Source of the DNA: Kiritimatiellia bacterium
GTDB lineage: Bacteria > Verrucomicrobiota > Kiritimatiellia > JAAZAB01
Length of the DNA: 64,000 nucleotides
Direction: 5' to 3'
Assembly: GCA_040767085.1 (NCBI GenBank)
Contig: JAXGPF010000007.1
Span: 32,001 to 96,000, forward strand
Position 1 is the first letter of the stretch. Each line of letters starts with the position of its first letter. Under the pieces are notes generated by a model. It did not search any database, was not told the DNA's origin, and saw only the letters and a program-made list of their open reading frames with translations. Shown here piece after piece: positions 33,990 to 43,720 of this stretch. A program made the position numbers and the translations under genes.

Positions 33990-35321
33990 ATGCATGATTT
34001 TACCCGTAATGCGTCCTATGCCCGGTTATTCGCCTATTTTTTTCCGCTGGCGTTGTACGTTGTCATGCAGTCCCTGACCTACCCGCTGGTGGCCATCGTG
34101 GCCGCGCGCGGCGCCGGCGGAGCCCTGAACACGGCCGGCCTGGCGCAATGTTCGGCAATTATCGGCCTGTTATGGGCCCTGGGCAACGGGCTCATCACCG
34201 GCGGCATGGTTTACGCCCGGACCCGCTCCGGTTATCGCCGTTTCCGTGAGGTCAACCGCTGGATTTTCGCCTGCATGGCGCTGTTTTACCTGATCATGGT
34301 CACCCCGCCAGTCAGCCGTTTCCTTTTCAATGTCCTGCTGGGATTGCCGCCTTCGGTAGCCGCGCCGGCCAAGCGGGCCCTGCTTTTCTCGTTTCCCATG
34401 ACCGCGATGTTTTTTCTGCGCACGCCCTACGCGGTGATGATGTTCATCCGCGGCGCCAGCAACCAGGTTTTTCTGACCGGCGTCGTGAGGATTTTGCTGA
34501 CGCTTCTCTTGACGGCGTTTTTCTGCTGGGTCGGCGCGGCGGGTATATTCTGGGCGGTTTTCTGCATGACCGTGGCCGTCGGCGTGGAAACGCTTTTCCT
34601 ACGCCATTTCGCCGCCCGCCATGCGTGGTGTCTGCCCGCGGGCGATGCCCCGCCCCGCCGGCGCGAGATTCTTTCCTTTTCCATGACCTTGTCCGTGGGC
34701 AGCGCCATGCTTTCCCTCTCGGGGTTCATGATCGGCGCCTTCATCGCCCGCGCGCCCAGCCCGGAACAGATGCTGCCGGTATATTACCTGGTTTTTGCAG
34801 CGGTCTCCACCCTGGCCAGCGGCGCGGTCCGCATTCAAACCATGACCCTGGCCTTCTATGGACAATCCAAGGAAGCCAACCGGCGGATATTGATTTTCAC
34901 CCTGGCCGCGGGCATCGCCATGGGGCTTTCCCACTTGATCCTGCTGTATCCGTATCTGTTGAACTGGTATTATGTCGGCATGCAAAACCTGCAGCCGTCG
35001 GATTTGCCGCTGGTGAAAATCACTTCCCTGGCCATGATTCTCTTTGCGCCAGCCGTGGCCCTGCGCTCTTACGCGGAAGGGCTGGCGGCCTATCACAAGA
35101 AGCCGATGATCGTGCTGACGGGCCAGGCGGTTTACCTGGCCATGGTCGGCGTCGTCGCCTTTTTCGCCTTGAATATCCGCGTGCCCGGCAACCTGATCGG
35201 CCCCCTGGCATTGTTCGTCGCCAACACGCTGGGCGCCCTGGCCATCCTGCACGCCATGCGCTGGGAACGCCGGCCGGACCTGCCGGTGCCGGAAACCAAT
35301 CTCGCTCAAAACCTGCGCTGA
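33990..35321 (+). CDS. Polytopic membrane transporter (MATE/MOP-like)
   Basis: About 12 hydrophobic segments, two-fold internal organisation; start re-placed at MHDFTR. Confidence 0.65.
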   Translation: MHDFTRNASYARLFAYFFPLALYVVMQSLTYPLVAIVAARGAGGALNTAGLAQCSAIIGLLWALGNGLITGGMVYARTRSGYRRFREVNRWIFACMALFYLIMVTPPVSRFLFNVLLGLPPSVAAPAKRALLFSFPMTAMFFLRTPYAVMMFIRGASNQVFLTGVVRILLTLLLTAFFCWVGAAGIFWAVFCMTVAVGVETLFLRHFAARHAWCLPAGDAPPRRREILSFSMTLSVGSAMLSLSGFMIGAFIARAPSPEQMLPVYYLVFAAVSTLASGAVRIQTMTLAFYGQSKEANRRILIFTLAAGIAMGLSHLILLYPYLLNWYYVGMQNLQPSDLPLVKITSLAMILFAPAVALRSYAEGLAAYHKKPMIVLTGQAVYLAMVGVVAFFALNIRVPGNLIGPLALFVANTLGALAILHAMRWERRPDLPVPETNLAQNLR

Positions 35322-35347
35322 AGCCGCCGGGAGGCGCCCGCGAAATT

Positions 35348-36064
35348 ATGATGACCGCGACACATTTTCAAATCCGCCGCAGCGCAACAGGCATGTTGCT
35401 CGCGCTGCTTGGCCTCGCCGCGCGGCTGGCGCCCGGCGCGGGCGCGGCACCCTTCGCCGCGCTGGACCCGCCCGCCTCTCCGGCCGGCTACCTGGCCCGC
35501 CTGCTGATCAACGAGATCCCTTTCCCCGGTGAAAAAGGATATGTCAGCGAGGCGAACACCAAGGCCGCCATGGAAGCCGTGCTATGGGTGGTGCATGGCC
35601 GGTTGCATTTAATCCCGCCAGGCTACACCCAGGTGGAAATCGCCGCCGTACGGGCGCGCGACGTGATTGACGTTATCACCGCCGGCGGTCCAAAAGGCCA
35701 GTGTGACGGGTTTCACCGCGACAAGCATGGGAACCCCGCCACGGTCCCGCGGGTGGAAGAGCGCGTGCAATATCTTTTAAAAATCGCCAACCGCGGCCAG
35801 GCGCCCGGGCGTTTCAGCGTCTTGCTGAATTACGCGCAAAACCTGGCGCGCGATTACCTGGCCGATGGCATTGCCGTCCTGGACCGCTACGCGAACCTCC
35901 GCCGCATCGGATCCTATCCTGTGACCGGGCGCGCGTACAGTTGGATGACTGACCGCAGTTTTTACAATCCCGGCGGCAATTTCATCGCCATTCCGAACGA
36001 AAAACAGGGCGTGCTGGGCGGCAACCGGTTTTACACGCTGCGGGACAAGGAAATGAAACGCTGA
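35348..36064 (+). CDS. Exported protein, possibly a divergent SleB/Hydrolase_2 cell-wall hydrolase
   Basis: Signal peptide; LARLLINE...AMEAVLWVVHGR...DVI...GQ..GF...GGNRFY pattern. Confidence 0.6.
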   Translation: MMTATHFQIRRSATGMLLALLGLAARLAPGAGAAPFAALDPPASPAGYLARLLINEIPFPGEKGYVSEANTKAAMEAVLWVVHGRLHLIPPGYTQVEIAAVRARDVIDVITAGGPKGQCDGFHRDKHGNPATVPRVEERVQYLLKIANRGQAPGRFSVLLNYAQNLARDYLADGIAVLDRYANLRRIGSYPVTGRAYSWMTDRSFYNPGGNFIAIPNEKQGVLGGNRFYTLRDKEMKR

Positions 36065-36133
36065 TTCATATTGACTGCGGCGATCTGCCGACGGTGTCGA
36101 AGGCGCAGGGGCGCCGGCACATCCCAAAAGCCC

Positions 36134-37489
36134 TCATCGCAGGCTGAATATTACCCCGTCGGGAATATGCTCATAGCACCCCATATCCACTCTGCCCGAA
36201 AACCTGTCCACGCGCCGAAGACCGCTAACATCCACATCCTGCGCCATCCAGGGATAATTTGAGCCGGTATTGACACAGGGGGAGCCTTTCTGCAGGCGGT
36301 AATCCGGATTGGCCGGGTCCGGATTGACAAACAGCGGGTAATTGGTGGTATTGCCTGAGCCCTGAATCGGGCCGTAACCGTCCAAATCCGTGGCGCAACA
36401 ATTTGTTAACCAGGTAAAGCTTTGTGATAGATATAGAAACATTCGCAAATTGGCGCCTTGGCTGGCCGCATTGGAAGAGATAATCGTGTTGCGGACAAAC
36501 ATGCCGTCAGCTACACTCTGGGCAACAAAAGCAATCCCGCCGCCGCGCTCTGCGCGGTTACTGACAATTGTGCACGACTCGATCAAACCGAACCTGTTGA
36601 CATAGATGCCGCCGCCATACTCGGGAGATGTCATATTATTCATAATCAGGCAATTGCGGACTTCGCCGCCGCGATACTGGTATATCCCTCCGCCGCCCTG
36701 CGCGCCGGAAGACACATTCCCGTCAAGGATCGAGTTGCAGAGAACGGCATTCGTCCGCAAATTCACCCCGCCGCCGTTGTTGGTCGCAATGTTATGCGCT
36801 ATATAGCAGCCGCTGATCATGCCGCCATTGCCCTCAATTGTTATTCCGCCGCCGCTGTCCGAAACAGTATTGCTGACGATTTCGCTGTCCAGAATCACCG
36901 CATTGCCGCCGACGGAAACTCCGCCGCCGTGGCCATTGGTAACGACATTCCACCTGACCATGCAATTTGATGCCAGGGCGTCGTAGGCGAGGTAAAGGCC
37001 CCCGCCGTAATTGCTGGCGGAACAGTGCTCTATGATGCAATTCGCGATCAAGCCGTTTGTCACACGCACGCCGCCGCCTTGATAATGATCATACACGCAA
37101 TTGGAAATGGTGAATCCGGACACAACTGCGCCGGCGCGGCCGATAACCAGTCCCCGCTGGCGGTAAACGGGATAATTGCCGTCCAGAACGGTCATCTCCG
37201 CTCCGGCCGCGCTTTCCAATGCCAAAACTTTACAATTCGTAATCGTGGCATCCAACACATAGCGGCCCGGGCCGACCAGTATCCGGTCGCCATTATCATC
37301 CGCCGCATTCTCCACGGCGTTGCTGATTGTCAAATATGCGTCCGCCCATCCGTTAGTTCCTGAGTGCTCCGTATCACTGCCGTTAGTGGCCACGAACCAG
37401 GTAGTTTGCGCCGGCGCGGTTGCGCACCCGATCGAAACCACGCTCAGTAAACACAGCGCCAGCCGTTGGCAGTAATGATAACGATACAT
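36134..37489 (-). CDS. Secreted right-handed parallel beta-helix repeat protein with choice-of-anchor-Q-like C terminus
   Basis: Repeated GGG-[ILV]...NC-x-I units; DYRLQKGSPCVNTG...VDMGCYE; AAGGAG RBS. Confidence 0.85.
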   Translation of the reverse strand: MYRYHYCQRLALCLLSVVSIGCATAPAQTTWFVATNGSDTEHSGTNGWADAYLTISNAVENAADDNGDRILVGPGRYVLDATITNCKVLALESAAGAEMTVLDGNYPVYRQRGLVIGRAGAVVSGFTISNCVYDHYQGGGVRVTNGLIANCIIEHCSASNYGGGLYLAYDALASNCMVRWNVVTNGHGGGVSVGGNAVILDSEIVSNTVSDSGGGITIEGNGGMISGCYIAHNIATNNGGGVNLRTNAVLCNSILDGNVSSGAQGGGGIYQYRGGEVRNCLIMNNMTSPEYGGGIYVNRFGLIESCTIVSNRAERGGGIAFVAQSVADGMFVRNTIISSNAASQGANLRMFLYLSQSFTWLTNCCATDLDGYGPIQGSGNTTNYPLFVNPDPANPDYRLQKGSPCVNTGSNYPWMAQDVDVSGLRRVDRFSGRVDMGCYEHIPDGVIFSLR

Positions 37490-37692
37490 ATTGCACGCTC
37501 CTTGCCGATGCACTGAAGTAACGCGGCGCACTGGCCGCAACCTAATTTAACCGTTTTTAATACAACATATCTGCATTGTTGTCAAAATCATTCCGGCCAC
37601 CAGGGGACGGTGGGCGCCGTGAATATAATGTTGCCGATTTCACCGCGTGTCAGCCCGGTGGTATTCAGCATGTCAAACAAACCGCACCCGTA

Positions 37693-40600
37693 TCAATGAC
37701 ATTGATCGCGCAAAGCTTCATATTGCGGAAGAATCGTCACCGCTTTGCGGGCATATATTGCTTTATACGGATGCGCCAGGACTTCGAACGCGGCAAACAG
37801 TCCGCCTTGGAATTTTCGCAAATCTTCCGGCAAGTGAAACACGCCAGCCTTGGCAAATACATCCAGAATGCGTGCCACCCCGGCATCCGCGCCCGCTCCG
37901 TCAACAATCCGGGCCTGGCCGATTATGCACCAGCCCCAGTTGTAATCCTGCGCCAGAGCATCGTCGGCCGGGCCGGCCGCGCCGGCCGGCATGTGCTGAT
38001 TATCCCCGGTCGTATTTTGAATAACCAGCAAATTTTCCCCGGCTTTTAAAAAAGCCTGCGGCGCTTCAAATGTCAGCCAACCCCACTTGTTCTTCGCAAA
38101 TTCCACCGGTCCGTTGAAGATGCTGTTGCCATTGATCGTGATTTTAATTTCGGCTTTTTCTTTTTTATCGTTGTCCAACCCCTGCAAGCGCAGTTGGCTG
38201 CCGCCCAACGCCTGGTCCAGGCGGAAATACGCGCGCACGCGCGATTCCGGGGAACTTTGACGCCGCAAGACCACACCGGGATAGCCGGCATAGTTGGCAT
38301 AATACCGCCCTCCCACCCAAGCGCTTGCCGGTAACTCCCATCCGCCCTCCACGGGCTGCTGCAAGTATTTTTTCCGCGCCAAAGTTTCCGCCGGCGCCGC
38401 CAGGAACTCATCCACCCGGGGATCGACCGGCCATTTGCGCGGATCGCGTTCGATATCCAGGGCGCCGGCGCTGGCCTCAAACAGCCAATCCGGAAATGAC
38501 AATGTGCGAAAAGCCTTTTCCGCGCGCAACGCGCGCGCCAGGGCCACCAGTTCCGCCATCCGGCCGGCATGCGCTTCGAATTGATCCCGATCCAGGCTAT
38601 CGGCATGCGCCGCCTCAAGGTTCATCCAGGCCAGCAGCAATTTCAATCTTTCCGCCCGGATCATGGGCAGCATGTGATTGTTATCCTCCCGCGCCGCCTC
38701 TTCCGCCCGGCGTAAGAGCGCCAGCGCGGGTTCGGCATACTCCGCCGGCGCGCGCATCAGCCAGGGCATGGCAAGGCTGGAGTCATAATACCGGTTCCAG
38801 AGCGCCGGCGCCGCAATCGCCTGCTTCAGGAAGGCGTGCGCGCGTGTGAAGTAATCGCGCATGGGCGGCGCGGCTCCGCCGTACATTACCGGCATGATTT
38901 CATCAATCAGCGCCTCCACATCGGCGGCGGGGTCCCAGATCAGCCGGCCGGTGGTATAGATTGTGGTTTCAGGGAAATCGCCGCGCCAGCCGCAATGATA
39001 AAATCCGCGCAGGCCCTTATCCGCCGCCAATTTGATTTTTTCGGCATTCTCGTAAGTATTGACCGGGTACAGGAACAATGTCAGGTTTGTGCCGGTAAAT
39101 GCATTCCAGGCGTCCAGAAGCGCCAGGCCGCGCCGGTTCTGACGGCAAAACGTATCGCCCCATATTGGCCAGGACGACTTCCAAAGCGCATACTGCACGG
39201 CCACATTGGGATGCGGTTTTTCCCGGAGCGGAATGTCCTCCCGCTGCGCGGCATAGGCCATCACCAGCAGGCGCCGGTCGGGATATTTCGCCGGCATCTC
39301 CAAATTTTCCGCCACGGCATTGGCGTAGGCCACCAGCCGGTCGGTTAAGACCGCCGGATCAGCATCCAGCGCCCGGCATTTTTCACACTCGCACCAGCTC
39401 ATGCCGTCGCCCTGCCCAATGCTGAAATATTTCGCTTGCGGATAGGCCTCCATCAGCATGGCGATGCGCCCGGCAATGACCTGGTGCAATTCCGGGTTTG
39501 CCAGGCACAAGTTGATATATCCCGCCTTGTCGGCAAAACCATCGATACGCCGCCCTTTGACCATGGCGTAAAATTCCGGGTGGCGGCGGGCATACAGAAA
39601 CGGCGGCGCCAGAAATACGGGCGGATGCACCCACCCGCCGCTCCCGGGCGGCGAAGCCTTGGCGCTGTCCGCCACGCTGGATTCAGAGTACAGGTATCCA
39701 TATTTCCAGGGGTTGCGGGTCTGCACTCCGCTGCCGTCGGCCCATTCGAAGGCCGGATGCCGGGTAATATCCAAGGCCGAAATCGTCAAATCAGGATTGC
39801 GCACCACCGTGAACACACGCGGCGCGTAGAATTTTACGCCCAACTGCTCCGAAAGCTGCATGGCGCCGGCCAATACTCCGGCGTCATTGCCGCCGATCAC
39901 ATCCACACCGCCGGCGCCGGTAACAAGCCGGTATCCGTTGGCGCACGGCATTTTGTCCGGCGCCCGGAATTCACCCGGCCGGGATGCCGGGGCGGCTGGC
40001 AGCGGTTGCCGCAGGTTGACGATGTTGATATAACCGGCGCCGTCCGTATGCCCTTCCGCGCCCGCGAATACCGGCAACACCGCTCCGGACGCCAGATAGA
40101 TATTCACCCGCACTTCATGCGCCGCCAATTGTTCCGCCCAGTTCGGATCGGCCGGCAGCCGGATGCCGCGGATACGGCTCACACTGCCGCCCGCGTCCCA
40201 GCAGACTGTGCCGGACATATCCGCGGCGGGCGGCAAAACCGGAGTCACCCGCAAATTCTTGAGCGTGAGCCGGACGCCTGGCGGAATCGCGATTTTGATG
40301 TTGAAACCAAAATGATTCGTCCCGGCAACCAGCAGCTCGATATCCTCCCATGCGCCCGGCCGGCTGGTTGCAACCATATGGCTGTGTGCGCCGCCCATGC
40401 GCATGGTGAACGTGCATTGCCCGTTTTCCGCCTTAACCCGGCCGGCAAGTCGGTACCCGGGCGAAATATCGTTGCACATCTCCAGTTGCACCAGGGCCGC
40501 CGCCCCTGTAATGGTCATGCCTTCCGATGAAAAACGCGCAAACCCGCGGCCGGCATCGAGGAGGTTGGTGGTTGCATAATAAATCCAATCCCGCGGCCCT

Positions 40601-40722
40601 TGGCGGTCCAGTCCGGGCAGGAACTCCGGATTGCGCACCAGGTTGATTTCATATTCCGCCATGCCCGCCGCCAGATGCCCCGCCGCCAGGCACAGGCAAA
40701 CGATGCCGCTTAAAAAGCGCAT
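37693..40722 (-). CDS. DUF4838-domain secreted protein
   Basis: Signal peptide; HPEFYAM, NLCLANP, D..WCECEKC, VMAY motifs. Confidence 0.8.
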   Translation of the reverse strand: MRFLSGIVCLCLAAGHLAAGMAEYEINLVRNPEFLPGLDRQGPRDWIYYATTNLLDAGRGFARFSSEGMTITGAAALVQLEMCNDISPGYRLAGRVKAENGQCTFTMRMGGAHSHMVATSRPGAWEDIELLVAGTNHFGFNIKIAIPPGVRLTLKNLRVTPVLPPAADMSGTVCWDAGGSVSRIRGIRLPADPNWAEQLAAHEVRVNIYLASGAVLPVFAGAEGHTDGAGYINIVNLRQPLPAAPASRPGEFRAPDKMPCANGYRLVTGAGGVDVIGGNDAGVLAGAMQLSEQLGVKFYAPRVFTVVRNPDLTISALDITRHPAFEWADGSGVQTRNPWKYGYLYSESSVADSAKASPPGSGGWVHPPVFLAPPFLYARRHPEFYAMVKGRRIDGFADKAGYINLCLANPELHQVIAGRIAMLMEAYPQAKYFSIGQGDGMSWCECEKCRALDADPAVLTDRLVAYANAVAENLEMPAKYPDRRLLVMAYAAQREDIPLREKPHPNVAVQYALWKSSWPIWGDTFCRQNRRGLALLDAWNAFTGTNLTLFLYPVNTYENAEKIKLAADKGLRGFYHCGWRGDFPETTIYTTGRLIWDPAADVEALIDEIMPVMYGGAAPPMRDYFTRAHAFLKQAIAAPALWNRYYDSSLAMPWLMRAPAEYAEPALALLRRAEEAAREDNNHMLPMIRAERLKLLLAWMNLEAAHADSLDRDQFEAHAGRMAELVALARALRAEKAFRTLSFPDWLFEASAGALDIERDPRKWPVDPRVDEFLAAPAETLARKKYLQQPVEGGWELPASAWVGGRYYANYAGYPGVVLRRQSSPESRVRAYFRLDQALGGSQLRLQGLDNDKKEKAEIKITINGNSIFNGPVEFAKNKWGWLTFEAPQAFLKAGENLLVIQNTTGDNQHMPAGAAGPADDALAQDYNWGWCIIGQARIVDGAGADAGVARILDVFAKAGVFHLPEDLRKFQGGLFAAFEVLAHPYKAIYARKAVTILPQYEALRDQCH

Positions 40723-40751
40723 GATATAACATCCTGCTTTGCCGTCCGTGA

Positions 40752-41879
40752 TCATGCTGGCGCATTCCACGGGTATTTGATCCGCGTAAGTTTTCCGCCC
40801 TGGCGCGCCGATTCGGCCGCGTATATTCCCGGCAAGGTCATCCGCAAGCCTTCCTTCAAACCGATCGGCGACGGCCCGCCTGCGCGGACGGCTTTGATGA
40901 AAGCATCCAGCATGGCGTAATCCGCACCGCCATGTCCGGCGGCGCGGGGATTGCCGGCATGCGCCAGGGGCATTTCCGCGATCGGCAATTCAATCCAGTT
41001 GTTGAACAATTTTAAATCCCTGGAATAAAACAAAGTCCGCTGGCTTTCCGCCGGTTCCTTGCGGAAGGTCCGGTAGGGCGGCGTGCGCTCGAAACAGCCC
41101 TTGGTGGTGAAAAAGCGATAGGCATGCCCGCATCCCATATAGTTGTTGATGAACGACACCAGCAGCCGCACCACGACGTTGCGCCTGGTTCGGAACAACG
41201 CGGCCATGACATCGTGCTGTCCCGGGACCTGGTTGATATGGCTGCCGGTGTCGAAACACGACACCCACGCCAATTCTTCTTCCAACACGCGCAAGACCGG
41301 CCCCAGGGAATGCGTGCAATAGCGGATCGGCTCGTAATCGGCGCGCCAGGGTGTTCGATCGAAATAATGGCGCAGGTCATGAATATAGGACGCTTCCACG
41401 TAAATCGGATCGCCGAACAGCCCCTTTTCCTTCAAATCCACGGCCGCATCCACAAATCCCCAGAAATTCGGATTGGCCCCCGCCATGTAAAACGCCTTGC
41501 TCCGCTTTTGGGCCGCCCATAATTTCTCAGCCTCCGCGGCGCTCAGCACAGCAGGAATTTCCGAAAGCACATGGACGTTGTTTTTCAACGCCATTGCGGC
41601 AAACTCCGCATGCAGCGTCGCCGGCGTGCCGATCAGCAGGGCGTCCAGGGATGCGCCGGCAAGCATCTTGCCGCAATCGGTGAAAGTTTTGATTTTGGGA
41701 AACACCTTGCGGGCGCTCGATAAAGACACGTTCGAGATGTCGCATACCGCCGCGGGCATGACCCCGTCGAAACTGCTGACCGCCTGCTGGAACAAGCCGC
41801 CGCCGCGGCCGCTGTTAAACCGCCCATGCGGCGACCCGAACCCTACCAACCCCAACCTGATAGATTTTGTTTTGCGCAT
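40752..41879 (-). CDS. Gfo/Idh/MocA family oxidoreductase
   Basis: LGLVGFG, HVLSEIPA, YIHD, YCTHSLGP, GHGGAD. Confidence 0.88.
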   Translation of the reverse strand: MRKTKSIRLGLVGFGSPHGRFNSGRGGGLFQQAVSSFDGVMPAAVCDISNVSLSSARKVFPKIKTFTDCGKMLAGASLDALLIGTPATLHAEFAAMALKNNVHVLSEIPAVLSAAEAEKLWAAQKRSKAFYMAGANPNFWGFVDAAVDLKEKGLFGDPIYVEASYIHDLRHYFDRTPWRADYEPIRYCTHSLGPVLRVLEEELAWVSCFDTGSHINQVPGQHDVMAALFRTRRNVVVRLLVSFINNYMGCGHAYRFFTTKGCFERTPPYRTFRKEPAESQRTLFYSRDLKLFNNWIELPIAEMPLAHAGNPRAAGHGGADYAMLDAFIKAVRAGGPSPIGLKEGLRMTLPGIYAAESARQGGKLTRIKYPWNAPA

Positions 41880-41924
41880 TGTTTCCTGAGTCCTTATCAC
41901 ATGGCATGCCCAGCAGGCCTGGCC

Positions 41925-42998
41925 TTAATCCAACGCCCGACATGACTCTCGCACCACCAATTCGGCTGGCACAAACTCAGCCTGCCGCTCTTTCAACCCC
42001 TCCCGGCCGATCCGGACAAGCAATTGCACGGCGTGCCGGCCCAACTCTTCCAGCGGCTGGCGCACCGCCGTCAAATCCGGAATCCAGGGATGAAACGGAT
42101 GAACCACGTCATCGAATGCGAGGACGGAAACATCGTCCGGCGCCCGCAGGCCAACCTCGCGGATCAACGCCAGCACGGGCGCCACCATATTCCCCATCAG
42201 CACAAACAACGCGGTGATTTTTCGTTCCGCCAATAAATTCCGCAAACGATTCAGGTCTTCCGGACGCTCATCCGGAAATATTTCGAACAATTCCATCCCA
42301 ACCTGCCCCTGAACCTGCGCCGACCGCACGCCTGCCAGGCGTTGGCGGACAAAACCGGGCCGGCTGCCCGTGGCCACCAAGGCCAGCCGGCGATGGCCCA
42401 GTTGCATGAGATACTCCATCGCCCGGCGCGCCCATTCGGCATGATTGACTGTCACGCAATGAAAAGGGTGCTCATCCGGATGGCGGTTGATCAACACCAC
42501 CGGCACGCCGGGCTCAAGTTTGTTCAGCCGCTCAATGCGGGAAACATCGAAAGAAACTCCAATATATCCGAGCAAATCACGGGCGCGTTCCGTCAAAGCG
42601 CTCTCATTGATGAATTCCAAACGCAGTTTCATCGTCTCCGCCGCCTGCTGGATCCCGGAACAAACCGGCGCGAAAAACATACCCGATGCCTGCCCCACGG
42701 CAAAATTACAGCTGAAGCCGACAATCCTGTTGTGAAGGGCGTCAAGGCCGGCATGAATGTCCGCGACAAAGGTTCCCTTGCCTGCCCGGCGGTAAATCAA
42801 GCCGCGGCCCGCCAGTTCCCGCAAGCCGGCGCGCACCGAAACGCGGCTGATGCCATATTGGCGGCCCATAGCGTGCTCCGACGGCAGACTCTGATCGCGC
42901 ATCAAGCGTCCCTGGCTGATCGCCTCCGCCAAATCCTCCACCAGGGGCGCGTAAATTTTGTTTTTCAACTTCCCCATATCGGTCAATCCATGCATCAC
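41925..42998 (-). CDS. GntR-HTH/LacI-sensor transcriptional regulator
   Basis: LPSEH...ISRVSVR...GKGTFV; PDDVSVLAFDD, LTAVRQP. Confidence 0.9.
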   Translation of the reverse strand: MMHGLTDMGKLKNKIYAPLVEDLAEAISQGRLMRDQSLPSEHAMGRQYGISRVSVRAGLRELAGRGLIYRRAGKGTFVADIHAGLDALHNRIVGFSCNFAVGQASGMFFAPVCSGIQQAAETMKLRLEFINESALTERARDLLGYIGVSFDVSRIERLNKLEPGVPVVLINRHPDEHPFHCVTVNHAEWARRAMEYLMQLGHRRLALVATGSRPGFVRQRLAGVRSAQVQGQVGMELFEIFPDERPEDLNRLRNLLAERKITALFVLMGNMVAPVLALIREVGLRAPDDVSVLAFDDVVHPFHPWIPDLTAVRQPLEELGRHAVQLLVRIGREGLKERQAEFVPAELVVRESCRALD

Positions 42999-43004
42999 AA
43001 AACT

Positions 43005-43487
43005 TCAGCCGCCATCAGCGCCGAACTTCAGCGCCAGGCGCAGCATGTCGCGGAGCTGGGTGCCGTTTTCAAATATCGGCTCTTTGTAGTTTCTGGTGAA
43101 AAAATCACGATCAATGCAGTCCACCCGAAAACCATGGCGCTGATAGAATGCAAGTTGATAGCCAAACGATCCAGTGCCCACCTCCAGCCGGCGCGCGCCG
43201 GCTTTCCGGAAGAAACCGATCACCCACTCCAGGAGCGCGCCGCCATGGCCGCATTTTTGATGGTCCGGATGCACGGCAATGCTCATAAGTTCATATACCC
43301 CCGCCTCAAGCGGAAGCACTGCGCACGCGCCGACAACCACCCCTTTGCTTTGCGCGACAAAACATCTTGAGCGGGGCAGATAGGAACGAACTTTATCCTC
43401 CGAGGGATCGGCGATCAGCAACAATTCCATGGGCGCATCCGCCGCCGGAACCTCCCGGATCAACAGCGACGCAGCATTACGCGGCAT
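43005..43487 (-). CDS. GNAT family N-acetyltransferase
   Basis: LLIADPSE, IAVHPDHQKCGHG, VGTG, FYQRHGF. Confidence 0.9.
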   Translation of the reverse strand: MPRNAASLLIREVPAADAPMELLLIADPSEDKVRSYLPRSRCFVAQSKGVVVGACAVLPLEAGVYELMSIAVHPDHQKCGHGGALLEWVIGFFRKAGARRLEVGTGSFGYQLAFYQRHGFRVDCIDRDFFTRNYKEPIFENGTQLRDMLRLALKFGADGG

Positions 43488-43560
43488 GACATATATCTTT
43501 TAATTTACAGGAATATTTTGGACCGCCCAAACGCGAAATGGCGCCAATTTATGCTGGACG

Positions 43561-43591
43561 AACAATACATATATCTACTACATGTATTGTT
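43561..43591. promoter_or_regulatory. Candidate operator palindrome
   Basis: AACAATACAT-N11-ATGTATTGTT perfect 10-bp inverted repeat upstream of the GNAT/GntR genes. Confidence 0.4.
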
Positions 43592-43720
43592 TAATCAAAT
43601 TAATCAAAATTGTCAACATTTTTAAATTAATTGTGTCGTAAACAAATGACTTGGCCGCATAATTAACAAATGATTTGTCCGCTTAAAGCTGTCAGGATGG
43701 TGCATTCAAAGGGGGGTTAT

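Noticed and set aside
43005-43487. GNAT gene as a second integron cassette
   Set aside because: No attC-like hairpin downstream; it abuts the GntR gene directly
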